The notes: a model not told the origin generated them from the sequence alone. Shown: positions 1 to 12,661, counted from the first letter of the stretch. The stretch is 64,000 bases of DNA from Massalongia carnosa (GCA_965645245.1 OZ287086.1:1302001-1366000), one strand, 5' to 3'. Made by a program: numbers and translations.

Positions 1-1403
1 TCGTTGTATGCGCAGTTGCAAATTCCAGATCCGGTGGTTGTTGTGACCGACATGGAGCGTGGGTTGATGAATGCCGTGCGATTGATCTTTCCCAATACGA
101 ATCATCTGCTCTGTCTTTGGCATATCAACAAGAATGTGACGGCAAATTGCAAGAAGGACTTCAATACCAAAGAAGAATGGGATGACTTCATATCCGCCTG
201 GACTTCTGTTGTATACGCCGCTTCCAGAGTTGATTACGAGTCGGCGTGGCAGGGAATGAATGACACCTACTATCTAACGCATGGAGAATGTTTGGATTAT
301 CTGCGAGAAACGTACATCATGTCCTTTCATCGTCGCTTCGTGAAATTTCAAACCGATCAGGTGTTACATTTCGGAACCACAACTACTTCTAGAGGTGAGG
401 GGGGGCACGCAGCTCTTAAACGTCATCTCGGAGTATCAACAGGTAATGAGTACAACCCTAAGAAACATTCAATACTGACTGAGCTGTAGGAGATTTGAAA
501 ACAGTTGTAGATGGCATCAACCTACTTCTAATCAACGAGCGACAAAATTACATGATAGCCTTTGACGAAGCGAAGATGCGATACCCTATGGATCTTCGAA
601 AACCAGTTTTCAATCGCATCGCGGCGTTCGTAACCCCATACGCATTGAGAAGAATGGATGATCAATACAGACTGTTGACGGACCAAGCAACGGCAGTCAA
701 TCGTTGCACTGGAAGCTTTACAACTACTACCGGATTACCATGCAGTCACAAAATGCAGGAACGTTCATTCGGACCTGAGGGATGTCTGATTTTGGAAGAT
801 GTCCATCCTCATTGGAGGTTTGAAAGATCTTCCTTACCTGATCCAATCAATGATCCAACTCTCGATCCGCTACTTCAGGTGGAAGAACCAGCAGTTGTCC
901 AACCTCGAGGACGTCCTGCAGGGGCGGAGAATCGTAGACAAGCATTGGACAACTCCACCTATCGGAATCCATCTCAATTCGAAATCGTTGAAGGTGAAAT
1001 AGCAGAGCAACATGGGAATGAACTGCCAGCGGATATCGAACGAGTTCTGGCAAGAGCCGAGGCTACACCAGCGGGACGCGGGCGCGGGCGCGGGCGCGAG
1101 CGACGACGAGATGAAGGTGAGGTGGCAGGCACTCGTGCCTCATCCAGGCCTGCGACTCAAGCAGCAACTAGGGCGCGCAGGGCGGGCAGGGCGGGCAGGG
1201 CGGGCAGGGCGGGCAGGGCGGGCAGGGCGGGCAGGGCGGGCAGGGCGGGCAGGGCGCGCAGGGCGCGCAGGGCGCGCAGGGCGGGCAGGGCGGACAGGGC
1301 GGACAAGGCGAAAAAGGTCGGCGAGGCGGGCAGGGGGGGCAGGGGGGGCAGGGGGGGCAGGGGAAGAAGGGGTAGGACTGACGAGGCAATTACGACCGAG
1401 TAG
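1..1403 (+). CDS. MULE (Mutator-like) transposase, 3' part, 5'-truncated by window edge; intron 443-489
   Basis: VVVTDMERGLMNAV..FP..HLLCLWHINKNV and TTSRGEGGHAALK MULE core motifs; C/C/H SWIM-like motif CTGSFTTTTGLPCSH..HPHW; GTAATG..TACTGAC..TAG intron joins ORFs 4-489 and 495-1403 in frame. Confidence 0.85.
1170..1365 (+). repeat. 9-bp tandem repeat (GGGCGGGCA)n encoding an RAG/RGG tail
   Basis: About 20 degenerate 9-mers seen directly. Confidence 0.9.
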
Positions 1404-1959
1404 CTAGAAGATATCATCTTATCAATCTTGATGAGATGCAACAGATCAATGCTAAAAACTTCATTGCCGCATAGTTTTCAAATCACCATCTGATTTTTCA
1501 TCTACTAACCAAGAAAGGTAAAGTGGTGCGAAATGTGCCGGCCCTTTACCTTTTTGGGAAGAGGGTGTATATGTATCAAGTGCCCGGTGTACATGCATCA
1601 AGTGCCCGGTGTACATGCATCCTACCCGGTGTCCCCGTATCCGAACCCATTATAAAACATGCTGCATTATGCATGCCGCCTCGAGAGTTGAAGTACATCA
1701 TGACGTGATCCATCATCCCACGCGTCTGCCGGATCAAGAGATCAGCAATCCTATTCGCCAGTGACTGCCTTCATCGCTACATCATCTTCATCTCAACCGC
1801 ATCTGAGGAAGTCTAAATGTCGTTCGATGACAGGGGCAGGGGACCTTACCCTTACTACTTATGCATTCGCAGCCCGGAGTCAGCTTTTGTGTCCTTTCGA
1901 GTTTGTCGATTCTTAAAACTGAGTTGCGTTCAAAGGGGATCTCGCACCTGAGATTATCG

Positions 1960-3860
1960 ATGGATATCAGCAATCGGAGCGCAAAAGATGTGGAAACCTC
2001 CCGGGATGCCACCCTTGGTATGCGACTCGGTTCCGAGGATGACAGTACCCAAGAAGCCTATGCTGCTGCTCTACACGAACACTCCCTGACCCTTTTTCAG
2101 GCATTCTCCCTATACCGTGGCGCGGCCTTTTGGTCCGCCTTCTTCTGCATCGGCCAGATCATGATCGCATTCGACCCTCAAGTCCTGGTCAACTTGTTCG
2201 CGATGCCCTCGTTCCAGAACGAATTCGGATACCGATTCGACGGCCAGTACATCATTTCCGCGCCGTGGCAGACAGGTCTGCTGATGGGAGGGCCAATCGG
2301 CCAGGTTGTGGGCTCACTGTTTGCGGGGTATCCCCTCGAATGGTTTGGCCGGAAGAGGACCTTTGGGTCCTGCGTGATCGGAACGACGGGGTGTGTTTTC
2401 ATCCAATTCTTCGCGCGATCTTTCGGGGTGTTGCTAGCAGGTGAGCTGCTCGGTGGACTGATACTAGGTTTCTATGCCGTCATAACGCCCGCCTATGCAT
2501 CGGAGGTCTGCCCGGTTCCACTCCGGGGCATCCTCACCGCGAATAGCAATCTTTGCATCGCGGTAGGACAGTTTCTTGCCAATTGTGTGTGCGCGGGGAC
2601 ACAGCATTTGGATTCTCATTGGGCATACAGCACTCCTTATGCCTTGCAATGGCTGTGGCCTGCAATCATTTTGATGGGCCTGCCATTCGCTCCCGAAAGT
2701 CTGTGCTAGAGTCCAAGATCATCTACTTATTTGGATCCGTAGGTCCATGGTGGCTCGTCCGTCAAGGCCGGCTTGACAAGGCTCAAGTCAAAGCCTCGTC
2801 TCTTCCTGTAGAAGTATGAGGTTATTCATTGTTGTTATATTAATGATTCTATGACTCTACTTCTAAGGTCTGAAATCCTCCTAGTCCAGGATGCGTGCCG
2901 CATACCGGAATAGGTCTACTGTTACACGTGACCATAATAATGTCTAGCGCCATAGGTTGGTATCCAACACTTCCCATGTCAATGTGAAACAAACCCTCGC
3001 ATCCATCATCGAGACCAACCGTATCGAGCAAGAAATGGAAGCCGGAACCACCTACCGTGACATATTCCGCAAGGATAACTTACGCAGGACAGAAATCTGC
3101 ACTGGCGTCTATACCGTTCAAGTATTCTCCGGTATCTACCTCGTCGGCTACGGCACATACTTTTTCGAACGTACGATACCCTTCTCCTCCCCCCCCCCAA
3201 GCTTTCGCGTTTCTAACGCCTCCGCCCTTAGAGGCCGGCCTCCCGACCTCTCAAGCCTTCAATATGTCTCTCGGCTTTCTCGCCGTTGGCGTCCTCGGCT
3301 GCATCCTCTGCTGGTTTCTCATCGCCAATTTCGGTCGGCGCCCCATCTACACCTACGGCCTCTACCTCCTCACCGCGCTCCAACTTTTAATCGAGATCCT
3401 CGATTGCGCACCCAATTACTCGCATCACCAGAGCGTCATATGGGCCCAGGCAACCCTGCTCCTGACCTGGAACTTCTTTTACAACTTCACCATTGGCCCC
3501 GTCGGCTTCTCCATCCTGTGCGAGACGTCCGCGACGCGGGTGCGGGAGAAAACCATCGCGTTCGCGACGGCGGTGCAGGCGTTGGTCGGGATCGGGATGA
3601 CGATCGCCGTGCCGTATATGATCAATCCCGATCAGGCGAATCTGCGTGGGAAGATGGGATTCTTCTTCGGAGGCCTGGAGGCGGTGAGTTGCATTTGGGT
3701 GTATTTTCGGGTTCCGGAGACGGTATGTTTGCATAGGATATATCTCGCTCGTCAACACGGATGACTAACGGATATACAGAAAGAGAGGACTTATACGGAA
3801 TTGAATCTCTTGTTCGAGAGTGGCGTGCCGGCAAGGGATTTCAAGGATTATGTGCTTTGA
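1960..3860 (+). pseudogene. MFS sugar porter (maltose/alpha-glucoside permease-like), disrupted
   Basis: GRKRT, YASEVCP..LRG, PESPWWL, FGRRPIY, VPET motifs; introns about 2699-2741, 3171-3230, 3723-3779; solo LTR at 2807-2969, and the frame is still broken after removing it. Confidence 0.8.
2807..2969. mobile_element. Solo LTR (163 bp) inside the MFS gene
   Basis: TG..CA ends, perfect TSD CTTCC (2802-2806/2970-2974); homologous copy at 59414-59576. Confidence 0.85.
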
Positions 3861-4649
3861 GCAGCGATAACGACGGAAGGGAAATAAATCAGCGGGTGAT
3901 GCTATTTGACTTGCAATCTTCGAAGCAAGAGATAACGCAGTTACGAGAAGAATAATTGACGACACGGAGAACTGCATTTCAACTCGGTAGTGCTTACACT
4001 GCTCACGATAAACAACTTGCAGAAATCAGGGACATATCTCGATGAGTCTAGAGAGCGTCTTATTGAAAGAATCTACTGTATCGTCAAAGATTATCTATGT
4101 ACGAGAGTTCAGCTTTGAAAATCAAGCAATCCGAATAACTCCAAACAGATCAGCTACTTTTATCCCTTTTTCTCCATTAACCAACATATTATCCCACGTC
4201 TCGACAGAAAACCCCCCAAACTAACCCCAAAAACCTCCGCGAACAGGAAACTTGTCACACATCTCAAACCAACATCCAAAATCTATTCCTCCATCCGCGA
4301 CACCTCCAATCTTTCCACCATCATTAGCACTTTCGTAACCCCCCCCCTCCCAACCCCTGGTTTCCTTCCCGAAAACCGATTAATTCTGATTCATCAAATA
4401 CGGAAGAAGTCAGTCGAGACTAGACGGCGTGATACATATAACAATTCAACTATTTATCGGAAAGCTGTAAAGTACCTAGTTTAAATATCTTCCCAATCAA
4501 TCAATTAATCGGTTAGTTCTAACAATTAGATGTTACATCATGACCCGGCATCCGAATCGTGCTGCTCTAGTCGTGCACGGACGGGTATTTTTCAAAAAAT
4601 TTTATAAATTTTAAATTTTAACGCGACGCTAGTGAAACGCAGCCACCTT

Positions 4650-6865
4650 GTGTATATTGCTATTCTAATGTTTGGGCAAAGTCCTGACCCTAGAGTGTGG
4701 CATGACACCGTTCGTGCGCCGTAAACGCAGGGTACGGAGCCGAATCGGGTAGGCTACGAGGTCCATGGACGCTGTAGATGCGAACCCTGGGGTCAAGACA
4801 TACTCCATCTATCTAAGCGACAGGCTGTGTAGGAGAGGGTGGGTAGGAGAAACAGCGAAACACGATCTATGATGAGTATTGATGAGGAGAAAGAAAAGAG
4901 GTGGAAGAGGTGGAAGAGGTGAAGATGAGATGGTTCTATGTCACGTGAGGCCCCTGAGTCAAAGTAAATTAAGAATCACCCTCTGAAAATTCTTTCCTCA
5001 TTCACTTCTTCTCACTCGGCCTCATCCATCTCACTGACTCGTCGTCGACCCCACGTTGTCTCGGTGCCCCTACCTCGCTGTCAGTGCTTGCTGCTTTTCC
5101 AATCTCACTGACTCGTCGTCGACCTTACGTTGTCTCGGTGCCCCTACCTCCCAATGACGAACACCCGTTCCCAAAGCACCTTGATGGACGACATAGTCCC
5201 CGACGCCCAGGAGATTGTCGGATTGACGCAGGCCCAATCCAATCAAATCTTCGCCCTACAAAAGAAGAAAGCCGAGGCGGAAGCGAAGGCGGCCGAGGCT
5301 GAGGCTAGAATTGCCGAGTCCAAGGCATTGGTCGCCGAGAAGGAGGTGGAAAAAATGCAGCTAGAAATCGACTGCATGCGCCGAGAATCTGACGCCCGAA
5401 TAGCGGCCGTCATTCCTGCTGGCAAGCCGAGTCGTGTCGTCGGCGATGACGACGAGGACCTAGAACCCTTACAATTCGATGAACCTCCCTCCACCTACCT
5501 ATCCTCCACACCAGGGTCAGCCCTGGTAAAACGCCTCGTCTGGCACGGACACTCGGCGGACACGAGAAAAGGGTACGGGACGGCGATCGACTCATACGAA
5601 GCATTCTGCGCGACGACGGGACGCACGTCGTGGCCTGCAACAACCGAGTCCCTCGAGGAATGGCTAGCCGGTCGACTATACGGGGGCGGCACACCCAAGC
5701 AGGGAAAGATAAAACCAGAGACGGCAGCGAGCTACCTCGCCGGCCTCAGATCATACCATGTAGACCGAGGATTCGGCCTCACCCCATTCGAGGGGCCGAG
5801 ACTTCAATTGATGCTGAAAGGGGGAAAAAGGATCTTTTCTCAGACAAAAAGAAGACGCCTACCCATTTCAAAAGAATTACTGACAAAAATCACCAGTATT
5901 CCCGCTCATTCGGCCGAAGACCTCAACATCGACGCGACATTCAAAGTTGCATGGGCAGGGTTCCTCAGACTCGGGGAAATCACCTACACTGTCGCCGATC
6001 GTAAGAAGACATCTTTTCAGAGATTGAAACCTACACGAGGTGACATCTCATTCGCCGAGAACGATCAATACGCGACATTACATCTCAAAAGAAGCAAAAC
6101 AGACACAAATTACTCAGGAGTTCAGATAGTGCTGGCAGCGACCAATGAGAGCACTTGCCCCGTGACAGCACTACGGCGTCTTTTCAGAAATGATCCTCAG
6201 CCATCTACATCCCCGCTTTTTCGTCTCGGCACCGCATTCACCAGAGCCTCCGTCATAGCATCCCTGAAAAAGAGACTGATAGCCGCCGGCATCAACGACT
6301 CGGCATACTCGGGACACAGCTTCAGAAAAGGAGCAGCACAACACGCCGCCAATCACGGGATGCTGGATGAGAGTATTCAGAGACTCGGAAGATGGTCATC
6401 AAACGCGTTTCAGCTATACTTTCAGACGTCCCAGGCCTCACTATTCAATTTGAACCTCAGTTTTCAAAAAGGCATCCCTCTGGCAGTCCCACGTGCTGTC
6501 GTCGCCGAGACGAATCCTACAAACTCCTACCCCTACTCAATTGGGCATTCCATTGGGCGTACAGGTCAACCAGGGTATCGATCCGGAGCGCCGCCGGGCA
6601 CCTCCATCTAGATCATCGCCGTCGGGCACTGCCGTCGGGCATCATCTATCGGATCGTTGAGCGTCAGCAGACGCCTCGGGCCTAGAAGATGAGGTTCTCA
6701 CCTCAGCACCGACCCCGAGTCACGTGCCTAGGCCTGCCCGGGCTGACCTGTGTCGTTCCCATGCCCAATCAAATTCAAGCATTCAAATCAATTCATCCAA
6801 TTAAAAGCCCCCCCCAGCGCAAGCGAAGGTAACGGCACCGATAAGGGTCATAGAATTACTAACAA
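4650..6865 (+). mobile_element. DIRS/Ngaro-type tyrosine-recombinase element, internally deleted (no RT/RNase H)
   Basis: YR ORF; leader shares TATATTGCTA..ATGTTTGGGC and TCTATCTAAGCGACAG with 20065-20210; boundaries approximate. Confidence 0.65.
5154..6611 (+). CDS. Tyrosine recombinase with N-terminal Gag-like coiled coil
   Basis: Uninterrupted ORF with FLRLGE (R), KRSKTD (K), GHSFRKGAA (HxxR), LGRW, FQLY (Y); SAM-like N-domain (TRKGY..YEAFC..SYLAGLRSYH). Confidence 0.9.
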   Translation: MTNTRSQSTLMDDIVPDAQEIVGLTQAQSNQIFALQKKKAEAEAKAAEAEARIAESKALVAEKEVEKMQLEIDCMRRESDARIAAVIPAGKPSRVVGDDDEDLEPLQFDEPPSTYLSSTPGSALVKRLVWHGHSADTRKGYGTAIDSYEAFCATTGRTSWPATTESLEEWLAGRLYGGGTPKQGKIKPETAASYLAGLRSYHVDRGFGLTPFEGPRLQLMLKGGKRIFSQTKRRRLPISKELLTKITSIPAHSAEDLNIDATFKVAWAGFLRLGEITYTVADRKKTSFQRLKPTRGDISFAENDQYATLHLKRSKTDTNYSGVQIVLAATNESTCPVTALRRLFRNDPQPSTSPLFRLGTAFTRASVIASLKKRLIAAGINDSAYSGHSFRKGAAQHAANHGMLDESIQRLGRWSSNAFQLYFQTSQASLFNLNLSFQKGIPLAVPRAVVAETNPTNSYPYSIGHSIGRTGQPGYRSGAPPGTSI

Positions 6866-7084
6866 TAGATTTATCAAGCCCGATCTAGTTACTCTGAAAG
6901 TGGGGTGCAGTTCACTAGCGAAAGGGGAGAGCGTTCAGCTGATGCACGGAGTGTCAGCCTTTTAGTGGTGGTGTCATGAATCCATAGCCTCATGACACAA
7001 GTGTGGGCATGCTGACATGCTAAGGATCAGAACTTGAACATACTCGCTCGGTGATATTGAACGTCGCTGCAAAGATATTCTGAA

Positions 7085-8382
7085 ATGTCTTCGTATGTTC
7101 AGAACCCGCCGGATCCCCGTAGTTTGAATCTAAATATTGGCAGTAATGAGCTTGACAGTCAGCAAGCCCGGACGACGACAAGTTCCTACCATGCGACTGA
7201 TTTGGTAACAAGACCAATCCTCCAGGCAGAATACCCTCCCCGTACCCGTGATCGCGACCGCGATACATCGGTTCGCAAGGAAAAAAGGAGCTCGGCATCG
7301 GCCAGGAATAGTACTGGTAATATAAGAAATGCGCGACTCGATCGAACTCCTTCCATCCCCGTCCATAACACCGTCTCAGAAGGGTCCAGATTCCAGATCT
7401 TAGGATTCAGGGTACCATGGTCCTCAACTCCAGCACCCATGAACAAAGCCCCAGAGGCGCCACCAAAGTACCTTCACAGCAATGCAATCGATCTGGAGGA
7501 TTACTTTCTTCAGCCAGTCGAAGACTCATGGTTCCATAACAGCGTGGAAGGGCTGAAACATTCTATCGATTCTCATGTTTATAATCACTATGGCGGTATC
7601 ACAAATCCTCCTTCGGAAGATGTCATAATTGGGGTCCTCAAGCTTGACCATGGCGACTGGCACGCTCCCATTTCACTCCTCTCCGAAGAATCTTTTCGCT
7701 TGGCCGCAATCCGCCTCTCCATTACCCGCTTCATGCTCGAGAGAATCGCATTTGATGGGGACCCGGAGAAAAAATTTTTACCACCTGATGTCGTGTCGCT
7801 GCTTGGAATGGCTTCGTCTCATCATACGGAGAAATGTGAGTTCCGAACAGGCGAAATCAGGTGAAATATGAGATCTAACTCGTGTCAGTCCGATTCGCAG
7901 CATCCGCTTTGCTACGTAGAACGGCGGCGAATTTGCTACGGTTGAGTCAAAGGGGAGAAAGCGAGCACGCGACAAGAGAGCAAGAATCCCAGGTTGGACG
8001 TGCAGTCGATGATTTGCATGACCAATTAACGAGTTTAGCGAGCTTAGAGTCGAACGAGTCTTCACGGAAACTTCAATTAGAGGCTATCATGAAAAAAGGT
8101 GCACAAATTGGGGTCCTCCTGTTGTTACAGCCAGCAACATACGAGTCTGATTGGTTCATGCCGCTAGAGCGCTCCTCCACCAAACATAGCGCCAGTGAAC
8201 AGACAAGTCGACGAGTCAAAAAAGATCGGCGAATTATGACCTTTCCAGCCTTACTGAGAACTGGGGACCCTACAGGTCGGCAATTGCGAAAGCCGGAGGT
8301 TCTATGTAAGCCTGACTACGCGGAGGAAGAATATGCAACGGAAAGCAGTAAGGGCGGAGACCTGGTTCGGGGCGCTCCGTGA
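7085..8382 (+). CDS. Hypothetical fungal protein, 2 exons (intron 7836-7888)
   Basis: GTGAGT..CTAAC..CAG intron joins ORFs 7085-7864 and 7882-8382 in frame. Confidence 0.7.
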
Positions 8383-8442
8383 TTGCACGTATTGAATCTC
8401 GGAAAATAGGAATGTTCAATGACCTTTAGTCAATCAATTCTT

Positions 8443-9294
8443 TCACCTGCTATATTGCTGCATCTGTTCATACAACTCCCGCTCTGGATGTAGCCGCCCT
8501 CCTACTATCCTACGCTTAGAGTTGGGAAGCCGCTGCATCTCTTCATACAACATACGTTCTGAATGCAGTTCGATTGGTGTAGAAGCCCCTGCTTTGAAAA
8601 GCTCATTGGTGTGTTCCGCGGTATCCGAGGGATCTCCGGGTTGAGTAGGAGAGGTAGGAGGCTTCTCGTCGACTAATAAAGCGTCAACGGTTAGAGTCAT
8701 ACCTATGTCATGATACGATATACCATCTCCATCCGAAACAGAGCCAGCTTCCTCATCGACCGGTGTGTTCTGAGTGCCTTCCTCCTCGAGAAGATTTTCC
8801 ATGGCTAGGTGTACATTTCCATCACTCCAAGAACCCGTCCCATACGGAGGTGGCATTTGCGCTGGGATGGTCAGAGCGGCCATTCGGAGCATCCCGATTT
8901 GACCTTGTAGAGACTGTTGGCACGCACTGAGACTGTGTTGATATGTTGTTACTGCAGCACTTCTCCGGAATACCCAGTCAACTCGATCGGCTATATTCAC
9001 TGTCCCTCTTTTGGCCACATCCCGCCGGGCGGGTTCCACTTGCTTTGCGATTCTCGTCACAGCCTGGTTGGTTTCTTCTATCACCCGATCAACGCGGTGC
9101 TTCTGTGCCTCGCTCAGATAAGAACTGTGTTGATGGCGTAGGTTCACGGCTTCGACAACGTCCATCGTAATCACCTTCAGCTGCTCAATAATGATGCCAG
9201 TGTCATCCCTGACGGATGCAAGCTGCGCGATAAATCGTCCGGCTGTGACAGCAAACCCTGCGCCTGCTGTCAATATGCTGAAGGGATCAACCAT
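8443..9294 (-). CDS. Protein with HeLo-like/fungal STAND N-terminal-type helical domain; probable 51-nt intron 8673-8723
   Basis: Starts MVDPFSILTAGAGFAVTA (MDP.S-type hydrophobic N-helix); R.DWVF motif; TATA-like TATAAATA about 9400; GTATAT..CTAAC..TAG intron. Confidence 0.6.
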   Translation of the reverse strand: MVDPFSILTAGAGFAVTAGRFIAQLASVRDDTGIIIEQLKVITMDVVEAVNLRHQHSSYLSEAQKHRVDRVIEETNQAVTRIAKQVEPARRDVAKRGTVNIADRVDWVFRRSAAVTTYQHSLSACQQSLQGQIGMLRMAALTIPAQMPPPYGTGSWSDGNVHLAMENLLEEEGTQNTPVDEEAGSVSDGDGISYHDIGMTLTVDALLVDEKPPTSPTQPGDPSDTAEHTNELFKAGASTPIELHSERMLYEEMQRLPNSKRRIVGGRLHPERELYEQMQQYSR

Positions 9295-10098
9295 CGATAT
9301 GAACAGTTGACAGCTAAATGTTGGCGTATTTTGCTTTAAAAGCTTTGAACGAGGCGACGGGTAAAGCCAGATGGGCTGAGGCGAGAGCACGGTTACAGTA
9401 TTTATATTTAGGTATCTGTATGTTACGGGTATCTGTATCGTATTCACCCCTATTTGCAACACACCCCCATTTGCAACAAGCTAGTTAGGAAGCACCCGCA
9501 TTAAAATTCGTTAACTCTCGGCCGACTCGAGCGATGCGTTCGCCTCTAGTCGGGGAAAGCAAAATTCGGCGGAAAGTAAAGTTCGTCTTTTCACCTTTTG
9601 CACGCAAAAAATTAATCAAATAAGGAGGGAATTTTTTTCTATAAAGATCAAGCATGAAAAGTGTTATAATAGTAGTTATACTAATAATAACCCAACTGCT
9701 CCTGAACATTATCCTCGTCGCTGGCCTCAACATCGTCGCCTACTTTCCCTTCTATTTCAAAGGCATAAAATATTGTACTTATTTTTTTATTCCAATAAAT
9801 TTAAGCAAACGAAGTCTTTTTGTATACGAATAGAATCATCTTCATCTATAAATCATAGATTTTGATCACCTACAGTGTCCATGATAAAGGTAGTCTCTGT
9901 CTCTTCCTCTTCAACATTGAATATACGAGTATCTTTTACTCCTTTCTTTGTCTTTTTTGGTCTCTTCCGTCTGCCAATAAACGTCGCTCGCCTTTCAAAT
10001 GGCCTCAGGGTCATCAATGTTGGAATTCTCGCTTAGCCCCATTAGTTCTAGCTCAGCCCTGCAGGCTACCATGGCTGCTATAAGCAGTCACCTCCGTA

Positions 10099-12661
10099 AT
10101 CGTCGGCTCGCTTACCTCCGCGATCCGACTTGAAAAAATGTCGACCGCATTTTAGTCGGGGAAAGCGCTTGCATCCCGGAAAGCGCTTGCATCCCCCCAA
10201 ATTCAAATTTCTTCATATTTTTGATTATTGACCAACAACTACATTGATTAAAAATCAGCCGATACCGTACATAGCTTGAAAATTATTTCTCCGACCCAAC
10301 TGATCATCAATTCAAATTTTTTCCTCTCGAATCAATCCCCCAAACCAATCTCCCCTTTCGTATCATGGATAACGACGCCTCCCTTGTCTCCACTCTCAAC
10401 CCCATGGAAAGATTGGAAAAGGCGAAGGAATTTCTGACAAATCATCCCAAAGAAAGTAAAACGACTGCAGCTAAAATCTACGATATCAACGTTAAAACTT
10501 TGACGTCTTCTATTCGTCGACCAGAAGGGAGGAAAAATGGAGGACAAAATCAGATACTGAGGGAGCATGAGGCAAGGTCAATTAGTGGCTTTATTAAGTC
10601 CTTATTGATGCATAGAATTCTTCCTACACATCAGATGATTTTGAAGGCTATTGTAAGTCTGAAAAAGGCCCATAACCTCCTCGAGGTAGGCCCGTCAAGA
10701 AGATGGTTTCGGAGCTGGTGGAAATGTAACAAATTTCATAAAATAAAGACAAAACCACTAGCAATGATTCGTTACGAAGTTGCCCAAGAATCAGATGTGA
10801 TAGAATAGTTTGAAAGGTATAGAGAGGAGTTGAAAGAGTTAAAAATTTGAAAAAGTCGGAACATTTTGAACTTTGATGAAGCTGGTTTTCGGTTTGGATG
10901 CATGAGGGGTCAGGAAATCATTGTTCCTGAGGAAATCAAACAATTCTACGCCGTCAGCCCGGAAAATCGCAGATCTGCGACAGTTATTGAGACTATCAAT
11001 GCTGCCGGCGAAAATCCCCCCCTTCAATGATTATCGTACAGGGTCATGACATCATGGCCACATGGTTTTTAAAAGGTATGCCCGAGGGCACGTATGTCGT
11101 GCCCTCGAACAGTGGTTTTACATCTGATAAGATAGCAATTGAATATTTGAAGCATCTTATCAAACATACAAATGCAGGACCTGATGCGGAATAGCAATTA
11201 TTGCTGATGGATAATCATGGCAGTCATACAACCCCTGAATTTTCACTTTTGGCCAATGAGAATCGCATTCGACTCTTTCCCTTTATACCGCATTTAACTC
11301 ATTGCATGCAACAATTGGATTTGGGCGTATTTCAGCCTTATAAGCATTAGCATTGCAAAGCTATTGAGGAAGTCGTTGCGTCGTAATTTATCGAGTATTC
11401 TCTGTCTCAATTTATACAGGACTTGACCAAAATCAGAAATCATACATTCAAGACTTCTACGATTCGGCATGCATTTGAAAAGTCAGGAATGTAGCCGATT
11501 GATCCAAAGGCATGCGTTCGTCAGCTGAAAAATTTCAATCCCAATGATCCCAATGATTCATTAAACAGTCTGAATAATGAGCCATCATTACCTCTACCCC
11601 TACCTCGTCAAATTCAACCGACAAAAGTAGCTTACGTTGAGTATGGTTTAATTCAATGGGGACCGAAAATCAGAAAATCCATGCAATGGAGTGATCCCGC
11701 TCGGGCTGAGGAATGGGACTCATTTGTAGACAATACAAATGAAGTTGTTTCGAATGCGATTATCGATGGCACGGAGCTGGAAATGCATCGAGAATCAAGA
11801 AGAAGTCAGTTAAATAACAGACGAATATCTCGTAAACGTCTGAGACCAGAAACCGGAAGATTGGGAATCACAGCGGAAAATGCAAAGCAGGCTATAGCTA
11901 TCAGACTACAACAGGATCAAGAGGATGAGGAGAAACGAGCGAATAATAGCTTCATGAAGCTATGGCGAATAGAAAGAGACGAAATGCATGTCAAGGGATT
12001 GGCTGCTCGAAAAGCAGAAAGAGATCGAGTTAAACAGCTGAAAGAAATGCAGAAAGTACTCGGTCCCATTCCAATTAAGATTTATAAGAAGATTCCTGAC
12101 CCCGAGGCATTATGGAAGGCCACGAATGAGGTATGGATAGCTGAGGAAGCGAAGAAGGAAATTAGAAAGAATCCGCGTGCCAATGTCAATGAGGAAGATG
12201 TCACGTTTATCGTAGATAGCACTGGTCATGGAGATAATTCAATCCTTCCAGATCTTCCAGAAGGAGAAACATGGCTACGAGATGATTTCGTATCTTTCGA
12301 TTTGGAAGAATCATTGAAAGAATTCGATTCGGAGCATCTTTTCAACCAGGAGATGCGAATGATTGTTAGAATGCGGGGTATGCGGGGTATGCGGAGTAAG
12401 CGGAGAATCACGAGGGTCAGGGGGTCAGGGGAGTCAAGGGAAATGATTTTGACGACGGTAATGATGACGGCGATGATTTTCAAGCTATGTACGGTATCGG
12501 CTGATTTTTAATCATTGTGGTTGTTGGTCAATGATCAAAAAGATAAAGAAATTTGAATTTGGGGGGATGCAACCCCTTTCCGGGATGCAACCGCTTTCCC
12601 CGACTAAAATGCGGTCGACATTTTTTTCAAGTCGGATCCCGGAGGTAAGCGAGCCGACGAT
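10099..12661 (+). mobile_element. pogo/Fot1 transposon B with about 190-bp TIRs, TA TSD
   Basis: ATCGTCGGCTCGCTTACCTCCG.. is inverted at 12640-12661 and the inversion extends about 190 bp; TA on both sides. Confidence 0.92.
10365..12511 (+). pseudogene. pogo-type DDE transposase, multiple stops/frameshifts
   Basis: HTH N-terminus, NFDEAGF, MDNHGSH, HLTHCMQ motifs; TGG>TAG stops. Confidence 0.85.

Larger units (their letters stand above)
1..1648 (+). mobile_element. MULE DNA transposon, right end
   Basis: Transposase followed by subterminal tandem ATCAAGTGCCCGGTGTACATGC x2 and a CCGAACCC end typical of MULE TIR ends; left TIR outside window so boundary unconfirmed. Confidence 0.6.

Noticed and set aside
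1157..1441. Cys/Pro-rich (CPP)n and (LPA)n ORFs
   Set aside because: Antisense frames of the 9-bp repeat
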